NCBI GenBank assembly: GCA_016871855.1
Contig: VHBQ01000006.1
Span: 6,103 to 70,102 of the forward strand
Reading direction: 5' to 3'
Length of the DNA stretch: 64,000 bases
From: Gemmatimonadota bacterium
GTDB lineage: Bacteria > Gemmatimonadota > Gemmatimonadetes > Gemmatimonadales > Gemmatimonadaceae
The notes beneath the pieces were generated by a model. It had not been told where the DNA came from and searched no databases. It saw only the letters and a list, made by a program, of their open reading frames with translations. Below are positions 12,635 to 22,276 of this stretch, piece by piece (within the stretch, counting starts at the first letter, position 1; every line of letters starts with the position of its first letter). The translations under genes were made by a program, and so were the position numbers.

Positions 12635-13435
12635 GTGCCGCTCCTAGACCACCTCACCGTCGTCCTCGCCTTCCCGCAGGACCCCGTCAACATCGCCGCC
12701 ACCGTGCGGGCGATGAAGAACATGGGGGTGAGCGACCTGCGTCTCGTCCAACCCGTCGCCTACGATCCCTTCCGCATCGAGGGGGTCGCTCATGGAACGC
12801 GCGACGTCGTCGAGAAGATCCGGCACTTCGACACCCTCGACGCCGCTCTCGCCGACTGCCACCGCGTGATCGGCTTCGCCGGCAAGCGCCGGTCGGCCAA
12901 GTGGGAGCGCCTGGCGCCGCGCGCCGTCGCCGAGCGCCACGTCGAGGATCTCGCCGCGGGCCACCGCGTCGCCCTCCTCTTTGGCCAGGAGGACCACGGC
13001 CTCGCCAATGACGCGCTGGACCGGGCGCAGACGCTGTGCATGATACCGACCAGCGAGCACGCGTCGCTCAACCTCGCGCAGGCGGTGCTCGTGGCGCTCT
13101 ACGAGTTCCACCTCGCTGCCGGGGATTCGACGCGCAAGGTCGACGCGCACAAGCACCAGGCCGGCCCCGCCACGCACGAGGAGTGGGAACGGATGTTCGA
13201 AGACGCCGAGCGGGCGCTCGATGCCGTCGCGTTCTTCCGCACGCGCAACCCGGAACTGGTGATGCGCAGCGTGCGCAGTCTCGCCTTTCGCGCCAAGCCC
13301 GATGAGCGCGAGGTGAAGATGCTTCGCGCCGTCGCGATCGAGGTGCTGCGGACCGTTGATCGAATCACGCGGGGGTTGGCGAAAGGGCCGTGGAGGCGGC
13401 GGGAGGCCGCCGACGAGCCGACGGACGCCCCTTGA
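12635..13435 (+). CDS. TrmH/SpoU-family RNA 2'-O-methyltransferase (TrmJ-like)
   Basis: 266 aa from a GTG start. NIAATVRAMKNMG, LLFGQEDHGL and IPTSEHASLNLAQAVLVALYE are the SpoU methylase motifs. Confidence 0.8.
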   Translation: MPLLDHLTVVLAFPQDPVNIAATVRAMKNMGVSDLRLVQPVAYDPFRIEGVAHGTRDVVEKIRHFDTLDAALADCHRVIGFAGKRRSAKWERLAPRAVAERHVEDLAAGHRVALLFGQEDHGLANDALDRAQTLCMIPTSEHASLNLAQAVLVALYEFHLAAGDSTRKVDAHKHQAGPATHEEWERMFEDAERALDAVAFFRTRNPELVMRSVRSLAFRAKPDEREVKMLRAVAIEVLRTVDRITRGLAKGPWRRREAADEPTDAP

Positions 13436-13521
13436 CGCGGGCGATCGCCCAACTCCGTGCGATCACAACTATTAACCTTGCGCCCGCCTCCGCAGGGGAT
13501 GAAATTCCGCCGTTTGCTTAG

Positions 13522-13543
13522 CCCCACGTGCCCGCACGTGGGG
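13522..13543. promoter_or_regulatory. perfect 9-4-9 palindrome upstream of actA (candidate operator or RNA hairpin)
   Basis: CCCCACGTG-CCCG-CACGTGGGG read directly, ~42 bp upstream of the actA ATG. Confidence 0.3.
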
Positions 13544-13584
13544 TCGTCCCCCTCGTTTCCCCTCTTGCTCACGGACGACATCCG

Positions 13585-14316
13585 ATGACAGGACGCAGGA
13601 AGTGGCTGGCGGTGCTCGGCGTTGTGGCGATTGCGATCGCTTCGACGCTGATGTCTGCCTACGCCGGCAACTATCAGACCGCCGCTGTCGCGGCGGGCGC
13701 CACCGAGACGGCGACGCAGAAGGCCAACCGCGAGGCGCAGGGCAAGGCGAAGCCGGGCCCGTGGGGGTACAGCGGCGCCTCGGGGTACACGAACTACCTC
13801 GGCGAAGGGACGGGGCGCTCACCCGTGCAGCCGGTGGTCTTTCCGCATCCGGTGCACGTGAACACGCTCAAGATGAACTGCGTGTTCTGCCACTCGTCGG
13901 CCTACAAGTCGCCGGACCCGGGTCTGCCGGCCGTGGCGAGCTGCATGGGGTGCCACGCGATCACCGCCATCGACCGTCAGGAAGTGAAGAAGGTCGCCGA
14001 GGCGTGGAATAAGCAGCGCCCGATCCCGTGGGTGCGCGTCCACAAGGTGCCGGAGTATGTGCGCTTCCCGCACTCCCGCCACATCCGCGCCGGCGTCACC
14101 TGCCAGACCTGCCACGGCCAGGTGCAGAACATGCCGCAGGTCTTCCAGTACGCGTCGCTGAACATGGGTTGGTGTGTGTCGTGCCACGTCAACGGCTACT
14201 CGCGCGCCGAAGGGCTGCGACTGGCCGGCTACGAGCCCGATTCCGCCGCGCTGGCTGATGAGAAGAAGGGCGTGCGAACGACGGCGTCGTACGATTGTGC
14301 CAACTGCCACTACTAG
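13585..14316 (+). CDS. actA: Alternative Complex III subunit ActA, pentaheme cytochrome c
   Basis: Five CxxCH motifs (CVFCH, CMGCH, CQTCH, CVSCH, CANCH) and an N-terminal membrane anchor (WLAVLGVVAIAIAS). Internal ATG 13585 chosen over the ORF-track start 13528. It is first in an act-ordered operon. Confidence 0.9.
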   Translation: MTGRRKWLAVLGVVAIAIASTLMSAYAGNYQTAAVAAGATETATQKANREAQGKAKPGPWGYSGASGYTNYLGEGTGRSPVQPVVFPHPVHVNTLKMNCVFCHSSAYKSPDPGLPAVASCMGCHAITAIDRQEVKKVAEAWNKQRPIPWVRVHKVPEYVRFPHSRHIRAGVTCQTCHGQVQNMPQVFQYASLNMGWCVSCHVNGYSRAEGLRLAGYEPDSAALADEKKGVRTTASYDCANCHY

Positions 14317-14326
14317 AGACCGACGC

Positions 14327-17300
14327 ATGACGATCCCCGTGGAAACGACCAACGGCGTCAAGCGCCGCGATTTCCTGAAGGTCCTCGGCGTCACCGGCGC
14401 CGCATCGACGATGGTGGGATGCAGCACCGACCAGGTCGAGAAGCTCATTCCGTACGTCACGTCGCCCGACCACACGGTGCCCGGCGTGTCGAACTTCTAC
14501 GCGAGCACGTGCCGTGAATGCGCCGCCGGGTGCGGCATCATCGTCACGACGCGCGACGGCCGGGCCATCAAGATCGAGGGCAACCCGGATCATCCGGTCA
14601 ACCGCGGCGCCGTGTGCGCCCGCGGGCAGGCCGCGCTCCAGGGGCTCTACAACCCCGACCGCTTCCGCGGTCCGATGCAGCGTCAGAACGGCACGCTCGT
14701 GCCGATCACGTGGGACCAGGCGATCGACGCCCTGCACAAGGGCGTGGACACGGCGATGAAGAGCGGCAAGGCCAAGAACGCCGTCTTCATCAACCAGCAT
14801 GAGCAGGGGCTGCTGCACACCTTCCTCGACGAGTGGCTCGCCCTGCGCGGCATGCCCGCGCACATCAGCTACGACGCCGAGGCGCCATTTGCCACCGTCG
14901 CGGCGAACCGCGCGGTGTACGGCGTGTCGTGGCCGAAGCTGGACTTTGGCGCCGCCAAGGTGATTGTCTCCTTCGCCGCCGACTTCCTCGACGGGTGGGG
15001 ACTGCCGGTTCCGCAGCAGCTCGACTTCGCCGAGGCGCGCGGCAGGATTGAAGGCGCCCCGCGGCTCATCTACATCGGCCCCCGCCGGCCGCTGACCGGC
15101 CTCAACGCCGACCAGTGGATCCCGGCGGCGCCGGGCACCGCTGGATCCATCGCGAAGATGCTCGCCGGCAAGATGTCGGCCGCCGATGCCGCCGCCGCGA
15201 CGGACATTCCGGTCAAGATCCTCGAAGGTCTGCAAAAGGAAATCGCGTCGGCCAAGCCGTCGCTGCTCGTCGCGGGCGGCACCGGACCGCGCGCGCTCGA
15301 CCTTGCCACCGAGGTCAACCAGCTCAACAAGGCGCTGGGCAACGTGGGCGTCACCATCAAGCCCGCCGAGTCGTACGGCGCGTGGGAAGGCGTGGTGCCG
15401 CCGGCGGTGCTCAACGACGTGGTCGCCGCCATGGAGGCGGGCGAGGTCCCCGCGCTGTTCATCCGGGGCGCGAATCCCGTCTACAGCACGCCCACGGGCC
15501 TCGGCTTCGCCAAGGCCGCCGAGAAGGTGCCGTTCAAGGTGTCGTTCTCCACGGTGCCTGATGAGACGACCGCGCTCTGCGACCTCATCCTCCCCGACCA
15601 TCACGCGCTCGAGAGCTGGGGCATCGCCGAGCCGGTGCAGGGGACGCTGGGGCTGCAGCAGCCGGCGATGGATCCCGTGTTCAACACGCGCGCGACGGCC
15701 GACGTGCTGCTCGCGTCGCTGAAGCCCGCGCCGTGCTTCGCCTGTCCGGAGAACCCGGCCGAGGCCAAGCAGCACGCGTCGGACGTTTCGAAGTTCCCGC
15801 CCGACTATCGCGGCGTAGTAGCCAAGCACCTCGGCGGCAACGGGAATCTGCAGAACGCGCTGCCGACGGGCATGCTGGCGGGCTCGCTGCCGCGGCGCAC
15901 CGCGCCGGTGGCGAAGATCATGAAGCCGGCGATCGTTGGCGAGCAGAACGGCGACTACTACCTCGCCACGTACTGGAACCTGCTGATGGGTGACGGGCGC
16001 GGCGCGAACAAGCCGTGGCTGCAGGAGCTCCCCGATCCCGTCACCAAGATCTGCTGGCAGACCGTCGTGGAGATGCACCCCGAGACGGCGAAGAAGCTGA
16101 GCGTCGAGGCCGGCGACCACGTGACGGTGAAGACGGTCGCGGGAACAGTCACCGCGCCGGCCTTCCTCTACATCGGTGTGCGGCCTGACACGATCGCGGT
16201 GATGGTGGGACGCGGCCAGACGGCGGCGGGACGCTACGCGACAGGAACGGGCCACAACGCGTGGAGCCTGCTCCCGGCGTCGAACGACCAGGCGGGCGGC
16301 TACCAGCTCGTCGGGGTGCGCTGCACGGTGGCCAAGGCCGACGGGCACACGCCGATCGTCACGACCGAGGGGTCCGGCCGCCAGCACGGACGAAAGATCG
16401 CCCGCGCCCAGACGATCGAGCAGTTCCGCGCCGGCGAGACCGATCATCCGCACACGTTCATTGGCCAGGCGCCCACGGAGTTCCTCCCCGGCCTGCGGGC
16501 CCCGGTGGCGAACGACGCACAGGGCGAACTCGGCGATCCCAAGTCGGCGCAGCGGGGCGAGTACGACCCCAACCATCCGAGCGGCCGCGCCAAGCGCCGC
16601 TGGGCGATGACCATCGACCTCGCGAAGTGCACGGGGTGCTCGGCGTGCGTGACAGCCTGCTACGCCGAGAACAACATCCCGACCGTCGGCGCCGAGTGGC
16701 AGGGACCGCAGCTCTTCGCGGACCGCAAGTTCCCTGGCGCCAACATCACGCGGTCGCGCGAGATGGCCTGGCTGCGCCTCGAGCGCTACTACGAGATGGA
16801 CCGCGAGTACAAGGATGCGACGTGGGATCCGGCGCACCACCCGGAGGTGCGGGTCATTCCCATGATGTGCCAGCACTGCGGCAACGCGCCGTGCGAGCCC
16901 GTCTGCCCCGTGTACGCCACGTACCACACGCCCGACGGCCTGAATGTGCAGGTGTACAACCGCTGCGTCGGCACGCGCTACTGCTCCAACAACTGCCCGT
17001 ACAAGGTCCGGTACTACAACTGGTTCGGATACGGCGAGGTGGATCGCGCGCAGTACGCGTTCCCGGAGCCGCTGCACTGGCAGCTGAATCCCGACGTGAC
17101 TGTCCGCGCGAAGGGCATCATGGAGAAGTGCTCGTTCTGCGTGCAGCGCATCCGTGACGCGGAGACGCTGGCCAAGGTGCAGAACCGCGAGATCCAAGGC
17201 GACGAGTTCACCACGGCCTGCGCGCAGGCCTGCCCGTCGCGGGCGATCCTGTTCGGCGACGCCGCGGACGAGAACTGGTCGGTCACGAAGCTCATCGAGG

Positions 17301-17401
17301 ATCGCCGCGCATATCACGTGTTCGAAGAACTGAACACGTACACCGCGGTCGTCTACCTGAAGAAGATCAACCACCCGGCTCCGGCCGGGGCTACGGCGTA
17401 A
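14327..17401 (+). CDS. actB: ACIII subunit ActB (fused molybdopterin-oxidoreductase-like B1 + 4Fe-4S B2 domains), Tat-exported
   Basis: Start at ATG 14327 gives the Tat motif KRRDFLKVLGVTGAAS. The N-terminal Cys cluster is CRECAAGCGI. The C-terminal ferredoxin clusters are CTGCSACVTAC, CQHCGNAPCEPVCP and CVGTRYCSNNCPY. The track's 14174 start overlaps actA and is rejected. Confidence 0.9.
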   Translation: MTIPVETTNGVKRRDFLKVLGVTGAASTMVGCSTDQVEKLIPYVTSPDHTVPGVSNFYASTCRECAAGCGIIVTTRDGRAIKIEGNPDHPVNRGAVCARGQAALQGLYNPDRFRGPMQRQNGTLVPITWDQAIDALHKGVDTAMKSGKAKNAVFINQHEQGLLHTFLDEWLALRGMPAHISYDAEAPFATVAANRAVYGVSWPKLDFGAAKVIVSFAADFLDGWGLPVPQQLDFAEARGRIEGAPRLIYIGPRRPLTGLNADQWIPAAPGTAGSIAKMLAGKMSAADAAAATDIPVKILEGLQKEIASAKPSLLVAGGTGPRALDLATEVNQLNKALGNVGVTIKPAESYGAWEGVVPPAVLNDVVAAMEAGEVPALFIRGANPVYSTPTGLGFAKAAEKVPFKVSFSTVPDETTALCDLILPDHHALESWGIAEPVQGTLGLQQPAMDPVFNTRATADVLLASLKPAPCFACPENPAEAKQHASDVSKFPPDYRGVVAKHLGGNGNLQNALPTGMLAGSLPRRTAPVAKIMKPAIVGEQNGDYYLATYWNLLMGDGRGANKPWLQELPDPVTKICWQTVVEMHPETAKKLSVEAGDHVTVKTVAGTVTAPAFLYIGVRPDTIAVMVGRGQTAAGRYATGTGHNAWSLLPASNDQAGGYQLVGVRCTVAKADGHTPIVTTEGSGRQHGRKIARAQTIEQFRAGETDHPHTFIGQAPTEFLPGLRAPVANDAQGELGDPKSAQRGEYDPNHPSGRAKRRWAMTIDLAKCTGCSACVTACYAENNIPTVGAEWQGPQLFADRKFPGANITRSREMAWLRLERYYEMDREYKDATWDPAHHPEVRVIPMMCQHCGNAPCEPVCPVYATYHTPDGLNVQVYNRCVGTRYCSNNCPYKVRYYNWFGYGEVDRAQYAFPEPLHWQLNPDVTVRAKGIMEKCSFCVQRIRDAETLAKVQNREIQGDEFTTACAQACPSRAILFGDAADENWSVTKLIEDRRAYHVFEELNTYTAVVYLKKINHPAPAGATA

Positions 17402-17414
17402 GGGGGCGCGGACG

Positions 17415-18844
<1,430 letters not shown>

Positions 18845-18845
<1 letters not shown>

Positions 18846-19345
18846 TGCGCGGGGTTGTGGGCCACTTCAGGGAACTGGACTCGGCGGTCGAGGCCATCGA
18901 GGAGCTCAAGCAGAGCAAGCTGGGCGACCTCACGGTGTTCACACCGACGCCGCGCCACGAGTTCGAGCACGCGCTGCACCCGCCCAAGAGCCCGGTGCGC
19001 AAGTACATGCTGTTCGGCGGACTCGCCGGCTGCGTGTTCGGCTACTGGATCGCCGTCTGGGCGTCGAACTACTGGCCGCTCGTCGTGGGCGGCAAGGCGT
19101 TCAGCTCGTGGATTCCGTACACGATTTTCGGCTTCGAGGTGTTCGTGCTCGTCGGGGCGCTGTCGACGGTGGCCGGCCTGTTCATTCACGCCGGCGTGCC
19201 GCGGCTGACGATGATGGTCGGCTACGACCCACGCTTCAGCCGCGGCGACTACGGCATCTGGGTGGAGTGCTCGCCCGACCGCCTGGCGGCGGCTGAGGCG
19301 CTGCTCCGCAAGCATGGGGCGGTGGAGGTGCGCGGTGATCGCTAA
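18845..19345 (+). CDS. actD: ACIII subunit ActD (DUF3341-like)
   Basis: 166 aa with a soluble N-terminal domain and two TM helices (YMLFGGLAGCVFGYWIAVW, FGFEVFVLVGALSTVAGLF). Position matches act operon order. Confidence 0.8.
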
Positions 19346-20057
19346 GCGCTGGTTCCGTTCCGCGGCCCTCGCGGCGCTTCCGCTCGCGCTCGGCGCGTGC
19401 GGCACCACCTGGCTGTCGGACTTCAAGCAGCAGCCGTCCATCGGCCCGTGGCAGGTGTTCAAGGCTGATTCAGCGGAGCTGACGGGTTTCCGCGGCAATC
19501 CGCTGGGCTCGGTCTCCACGAATGGCACGCAGGTACCCATCTGGGTGGTGTCGTACAGCCAGTTGCCGAGCACGGTGGACTCGATGTCGACGCTCCCCAA
19601 CCCCGTGGCGGTGGACACCGCCTCGGTGCGGCGCGGGCGGATGTACTACCAGATCAACTGCGCGCCGTGCCACGGCGTGGCGGGGAAGGGGAATGGCCCG
19701 GCGACGACGCTCGGCATGGTGCCGATGCCGCTCGTGACGGACCGCGTGAAGAACTTCACGGACGGGTACCTCTGGGGGATGATCCGGAACGGTCGCGGCC
19801 TGATGCCGTCGTACAACCGGATCGAGGAGATGGAGCGCTGGGACGTGGTCAACTACATCCGCGTGCTGCAGGACAAGGTGCCGGGGATGGTGGCGGACAC
19901 GACGGCGCCGGGCCTGCCGGGCGAGACGGGGACCAAGCTTCCCGGACCGACGCGGATCGGCCCCAACCGGAATCCCGCGTTCGCCAAGCCAACGGTGATC
20001 GCCGTGCCGAAGGCGGCCGGTGAGCACGCGCCGGCGAAGACGGAGGGCCACGAGTAA
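19314..20057 (+). CDS. actE: ACIII subunit ActE, monoheme cytochrome c lipoprotein
   Basis: Lipobox LALGAC, a single CAPCHG heme motif and a downstream Met ligand region (GRGLMPSY). The start could instead be GTG 19335, in frame and overlapping the actD stop. Confidence 0.85.
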   Translation: MGRWRCAVIAKRWFRSAALAALPLALGACGTTWLSDFKQQPSIGPWQVFKADSAELTGFRGNPLGSVSTNGTQVPIWVVSYSQLPSTVDSMSTLPNPVAVDTASVRRGRMYYQINCAPCHGVAGKGNGPATTLGMVPMPLVTDRVKNFTDGYLWGMIRNGRGLMPSYNRIEEMERWDVVNYIRVLQDKVPGMVADTTAPGLPGETGTKLPGPTRIGPNRNPAFAKPTVIAVPKAAGEHAPAKTEGHE

Positions 20058-21403
20058 TGACTGCGCACGATTCTCCCGCCCCGGCGCGCGCGCGCGTGCT
20101 GGCGGCGATCGACAAGCCGATTCCGGCCGTCCTGAAGCAGGCGTTCCTGGCGATGTTCATCGCCGGCTTCGCCGTCTTCGCCTACGGCGCGGCGATCGGC
20201 AACGGCCGGGCCTGGCAGGCGTTCCACGTCAACTGGCTGTTCTTCACGCTCATCGCGTCGGCCGGCGTCATGTTCGTCGCCGTGCAGCGCATCACCACCG
20301 CGCGCTGGTCGCGCTCGGTGATCCGCCTGCTCGAGGGCTTCGCCGCCTTCCTGCCGTTCGCGTTTGTGGCGCTGCTCCTCACGATCTTCGTGGGGGCCGA
20401 GCACATCTACCCGTGGTGGGACCTCGTCGGGACGGGCGAGCTGATCCACGAGAAGGAGATCTACTTCAACCACGCCTTCTTCTGGGCGCGCTCGGTTGGC
20501 GTGTTCGGGTTGATCATGCTGCTGCAGGTCTGGTACGTGTGGACGTCGGTGCGGCTCGATGTGGGCGTCAGCCCCGAGAGGGGGGCGTCGTGGGCCGCGG
20601 GAATCCGCGCGGCGATGCGGCGCGGCTTCCGCGACGAGCGGCGCGAGCTCCACAGCACGCACAGCCGGCAGGGGTGGATGGCCGTGGTGATGGCGCTCCT
20701 GTTTGGCTTCGGCTGGGTGGTGATGGCGTGGGACCACTCCATGTCGCTCTCGTACCACTTCTTCAGCACGATCTATGGGTGGCAGGTTTTCATGGGCGGC
20801 TGGCTGGCCGCGCTGATGGTCTTCTCCGCCCTCGTGCGGGTGTTCAACACCCACCTCGGCGCGTCGGACCTCATCACCGAGAAGCAGTACCACGACATCG
20901 GCAAGCTCTGCTTCGCGTTCACCGCGTTCTGGGGCTACCTGACCTTTTCGCAGTACCTGGTGATCTGGTACGGCAACCTGCCCGAGGAGACGCACTTCTT
21001 CACGCTGCGGCTGAGCGGCGTCTGGACCACCACGACGGTGGCGGTGGCGGTGCTTGTCTTCGTGCTGCCGTTCTTCGGCCTGCTGAGCGTGAAGGCCAAG
21101 ATGTGGACGCCGACGATGATGGTCTTCGCGGCCTGTTCGCTGGTGGGGATCTGGCTGGCGCGCTACACCGAGATCTACCCGTCCATCTACGGTCCGCGTG
21201 AGGTGGGCGGCGACCTGCCGGCGCTGTGGAAGTGGAACCTCGCGCTGTTCGTCGGCTACTTGGGCGCGTTCGGCTGGTGCTACACCCAGTTCATGGATGC
21301 CTTCCCGAAGATGCGGGTCTTCCTGATGACGTCGGAGTTCCGGGACGAGGTGCAGGTGCCGTGTGATCCGGAAACCATGGAGCCTCTGCCGGCACATGAA
21401 TAG
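20057..21403 (+). CDS. actF: ACIII subunit ActF (second NrfD-like membrane subunit)
   Basis: 448-aa polytopic protein. The start overlaps the actE stop (TAATG). It is last in the act gene order, and its TAG stop is the first triplet of the heptamer array. Confidence 0.85.
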   Translation: MTAHDSPAPARARVLAAIDKPIPAVLKQAFLAMFIAGFAVFAYGAAIGNGRAWQAFHVNWLFFTLIASAGVMFVAVQRITTARWSRSVIRLLEGFAAFLPFAFVALLLTIFVGAEHIYPWWDLVGTGELIHEKEIYFNHAFFWARSVGVFGLIMLLQVWYVWTSVRLDVGVSPERGASWAAGIRAAMRRGFRDERRELHSTHSRQGWMAVVMALLFGFGWVVMAWDHSMSLSYHFFSTIYGWQVFMGGWLAALMVFSALVRVFNTHLGASDLITEKQYHDIGKLCFAFTAFWGYLTFSQYLVIWYGNLPEETHFFTLRLSGVWTTTTVAVAVLVFVLPFFGLLSVKAKMWTPTMMVFAACSLVGIWLARYTEIYPSIYGPREVGGDLPALWKWNLALFVGYLGAFGWCYTQFMDAFPKMRVFLMTSEFRDEVQVPCDPETMEPLPAHE

Positions 21404-21447
21404 ACGGTAGACGGTAGACGGTGGACGGTAGACGGTAGACGGTAGAC
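21401..21447. repeat. tandem 7-bp repeat array (TAGACGG) x6.7, left arm
   Basis: Read directly: TAGACGG TAGACGG TAGACGG TGGACGG TAGACGG TAGACGG TAGAC. It begins with the actF stop codon. Confidence 0.95.
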
Positions 21448-21452
21448 AACAA

Positions 21453-21485
21453 GCGGCGGGCTAGGGGGTGCTCCTAGCCCGCCGC
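21453..21485. terminator. perfect 13-bp stem / 7-nt loop hairpin between convergent actF and the four-helix-bundle gene
   Basis: GCGGCGGGCTAGG-GGGTGCT-CCTAGCCCGCCGC. There is no clear U-tract. It overlaps the last codons of the minus-strand gene. Confidence 0.5.
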
Positions 21486-21835
21486 GTTGCATTGGCTCGT
21501 ACGGCAGCCAGCAGGCGCACCAGCCGCGGGGCGAGGATACGGAGTTGGGCGGTGAGCTCAGCGTACTGCACTGGCGTCAGCGCGCCGGTGTCTTTGGCGA
21601 AGTCCACGTGACACTCGGTCTCCTTGGTGGATGCCACGGCGATGGCGATGTAGCGCGCGAAGGCCGCCTGGGAGTCGCACCCGGCTCCCTCCGCGAGATT
21701 GGCCGCCACAGAACGCGCGGCTCGCAGCAGCTGCCATCGCAGGTCACGGTCGTGCATTTGCGCGGTGTGCTGCCGGCAGCTGTTCGCCAGTGCGCGCGCT
21801 TGCGCATAGACCTCGAGTCTGTGAAGTGGATGCAT
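21461..21835 (-). CDS. four-helix-bundle protein (TIGR02436-like, '23S rRNA intervening-sequence protein' family)
   Basis: 124 aa. L-VY--A--L...LRWQLLRAARSVAANLAEGAGCDSQAAFARYIAIAVASTKETECHVDFAKDTGAL matches the family core (QL-RAA-SI-ANIAEG-G--S---F--FL-IA-GS--E----L) as I recall it. Confidence 0.85.
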   Translation of the reverse strand: MHPLHRLEVYAQARALANSCRQHTAQMHDRDLRWQLLRAARSVAANLAEGAGCDSQAAFARYIAIAVASTKETECHVDFAKDTGALTPVQYAELTAQLRILAPRLVRLLAAVRANATRRARSTP

Positions 21836-21920
21836 AGAGCGAGGATGGCGCCGCGCGTCCCGCGATGCGTCATCATTCGATCCCCGAGCGGTTCAATACA
21901 TCGCCGCCGAAGGCATGCAT

Positions 21921-21956
21921 CCACCGTCGACCGTCCACCGTCCACCGTCCACCGTC
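21921..21956. repeat. tandem 7-bp repeat array (CCACCGT) x5, right arm, inverted relative to 21401-21447
   Basis: Read directly: CCACCGT CGACCGT CCACCGT CCACCGT CCACCGT C. The reverse complement ACGGTGG differs from left-arm ACGGTAG at one position per heptad. Confidence 0.95.
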
Positions 21957-21994
21957 TGGAAGCCCCGCGCTTCAGTACTTAGATTCCCGTGCAC

Positions 21995-22067
21995 GGGGCG
22001 TTAGCTCAGTTGGGAGAGCACCGGCTTTGCAAGCCGGGGGTCATCGGTTCGAGCCCGATACGCTCCA
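21995..22067 (+). tRNA. tRNA-Ala (anticodon UGC), no encoded CCA
   Basis: Manual cloverleaf. Acceptor GGGGCGT/ACGCTCC carries the Ala-identity G3:U70 pair. D arm is GCTC/GAGC and anticodon stem is CCGGC/GCCGG with loop TTTGCAA. T arm is ATCGG-TTCGAGC-CCGAT, with discriminator A. Confidence 0.95.
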
Positions 22068-22081
22068 TTCGAAGACGGGGG

Positions 22082-22110
22082 TCGGCGTCAGCGCCGATTC
22101 CCGTTTTCTT
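22082..22110 (+). terminator. rho-independent terminator after tRNA-Ala
   Basis: TCGGCG-TCAG-CGCCGA followed by TTCCCGTTTTCTT. Confidence 0.55.
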
Positions 22111-22276
22111 GTGTCCTTCGCACTCTGACACGCGTTCAACGAAAACCCTCTACGCGAGCGTGCGTCGCAACATTCAACTCGTTACGCCATATAGTGTTAC
22201 TACGTAGGGAAAAACCGTACAGAAATTCGGCCTCCTGCGGCTGGAAAAGAGGGACGCAATTGCACTCTTTTCTTGC

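Noticed and set aside
21401-21956. Possibility that the short tandem arrays are a CRISPR array.
   Set aside because: The period is 7 bp (11 bp at 43978), with no unique spacers between repeats and no cas genes. These are microsatellite-like tandem repeats, not CRISPR.
21280-22128. Small ORFs 21280-21492(-), 21545-21982(+), 21577-21945(-) and 21865-22128(+), with periodic peptides such as YRLPSTVHRLPSTV and PPSTVHRPPS.
   Set aside because: The periodic peptides are simply translations of the 7-bp arrays. The ORFs overlap the four-helix-bundle gene or the tRNA and lack start-site signals.
21401-22276. Integrated mobile element or genomic island at tRNA-Ala.
   Set aside because: No integrase, transposase or recombinase gene and no duplicated tRNA 3' segment are visible in the window. 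The cassette is reported as a repeat-flanked unit of unknown mobility, not called as a mobile element.
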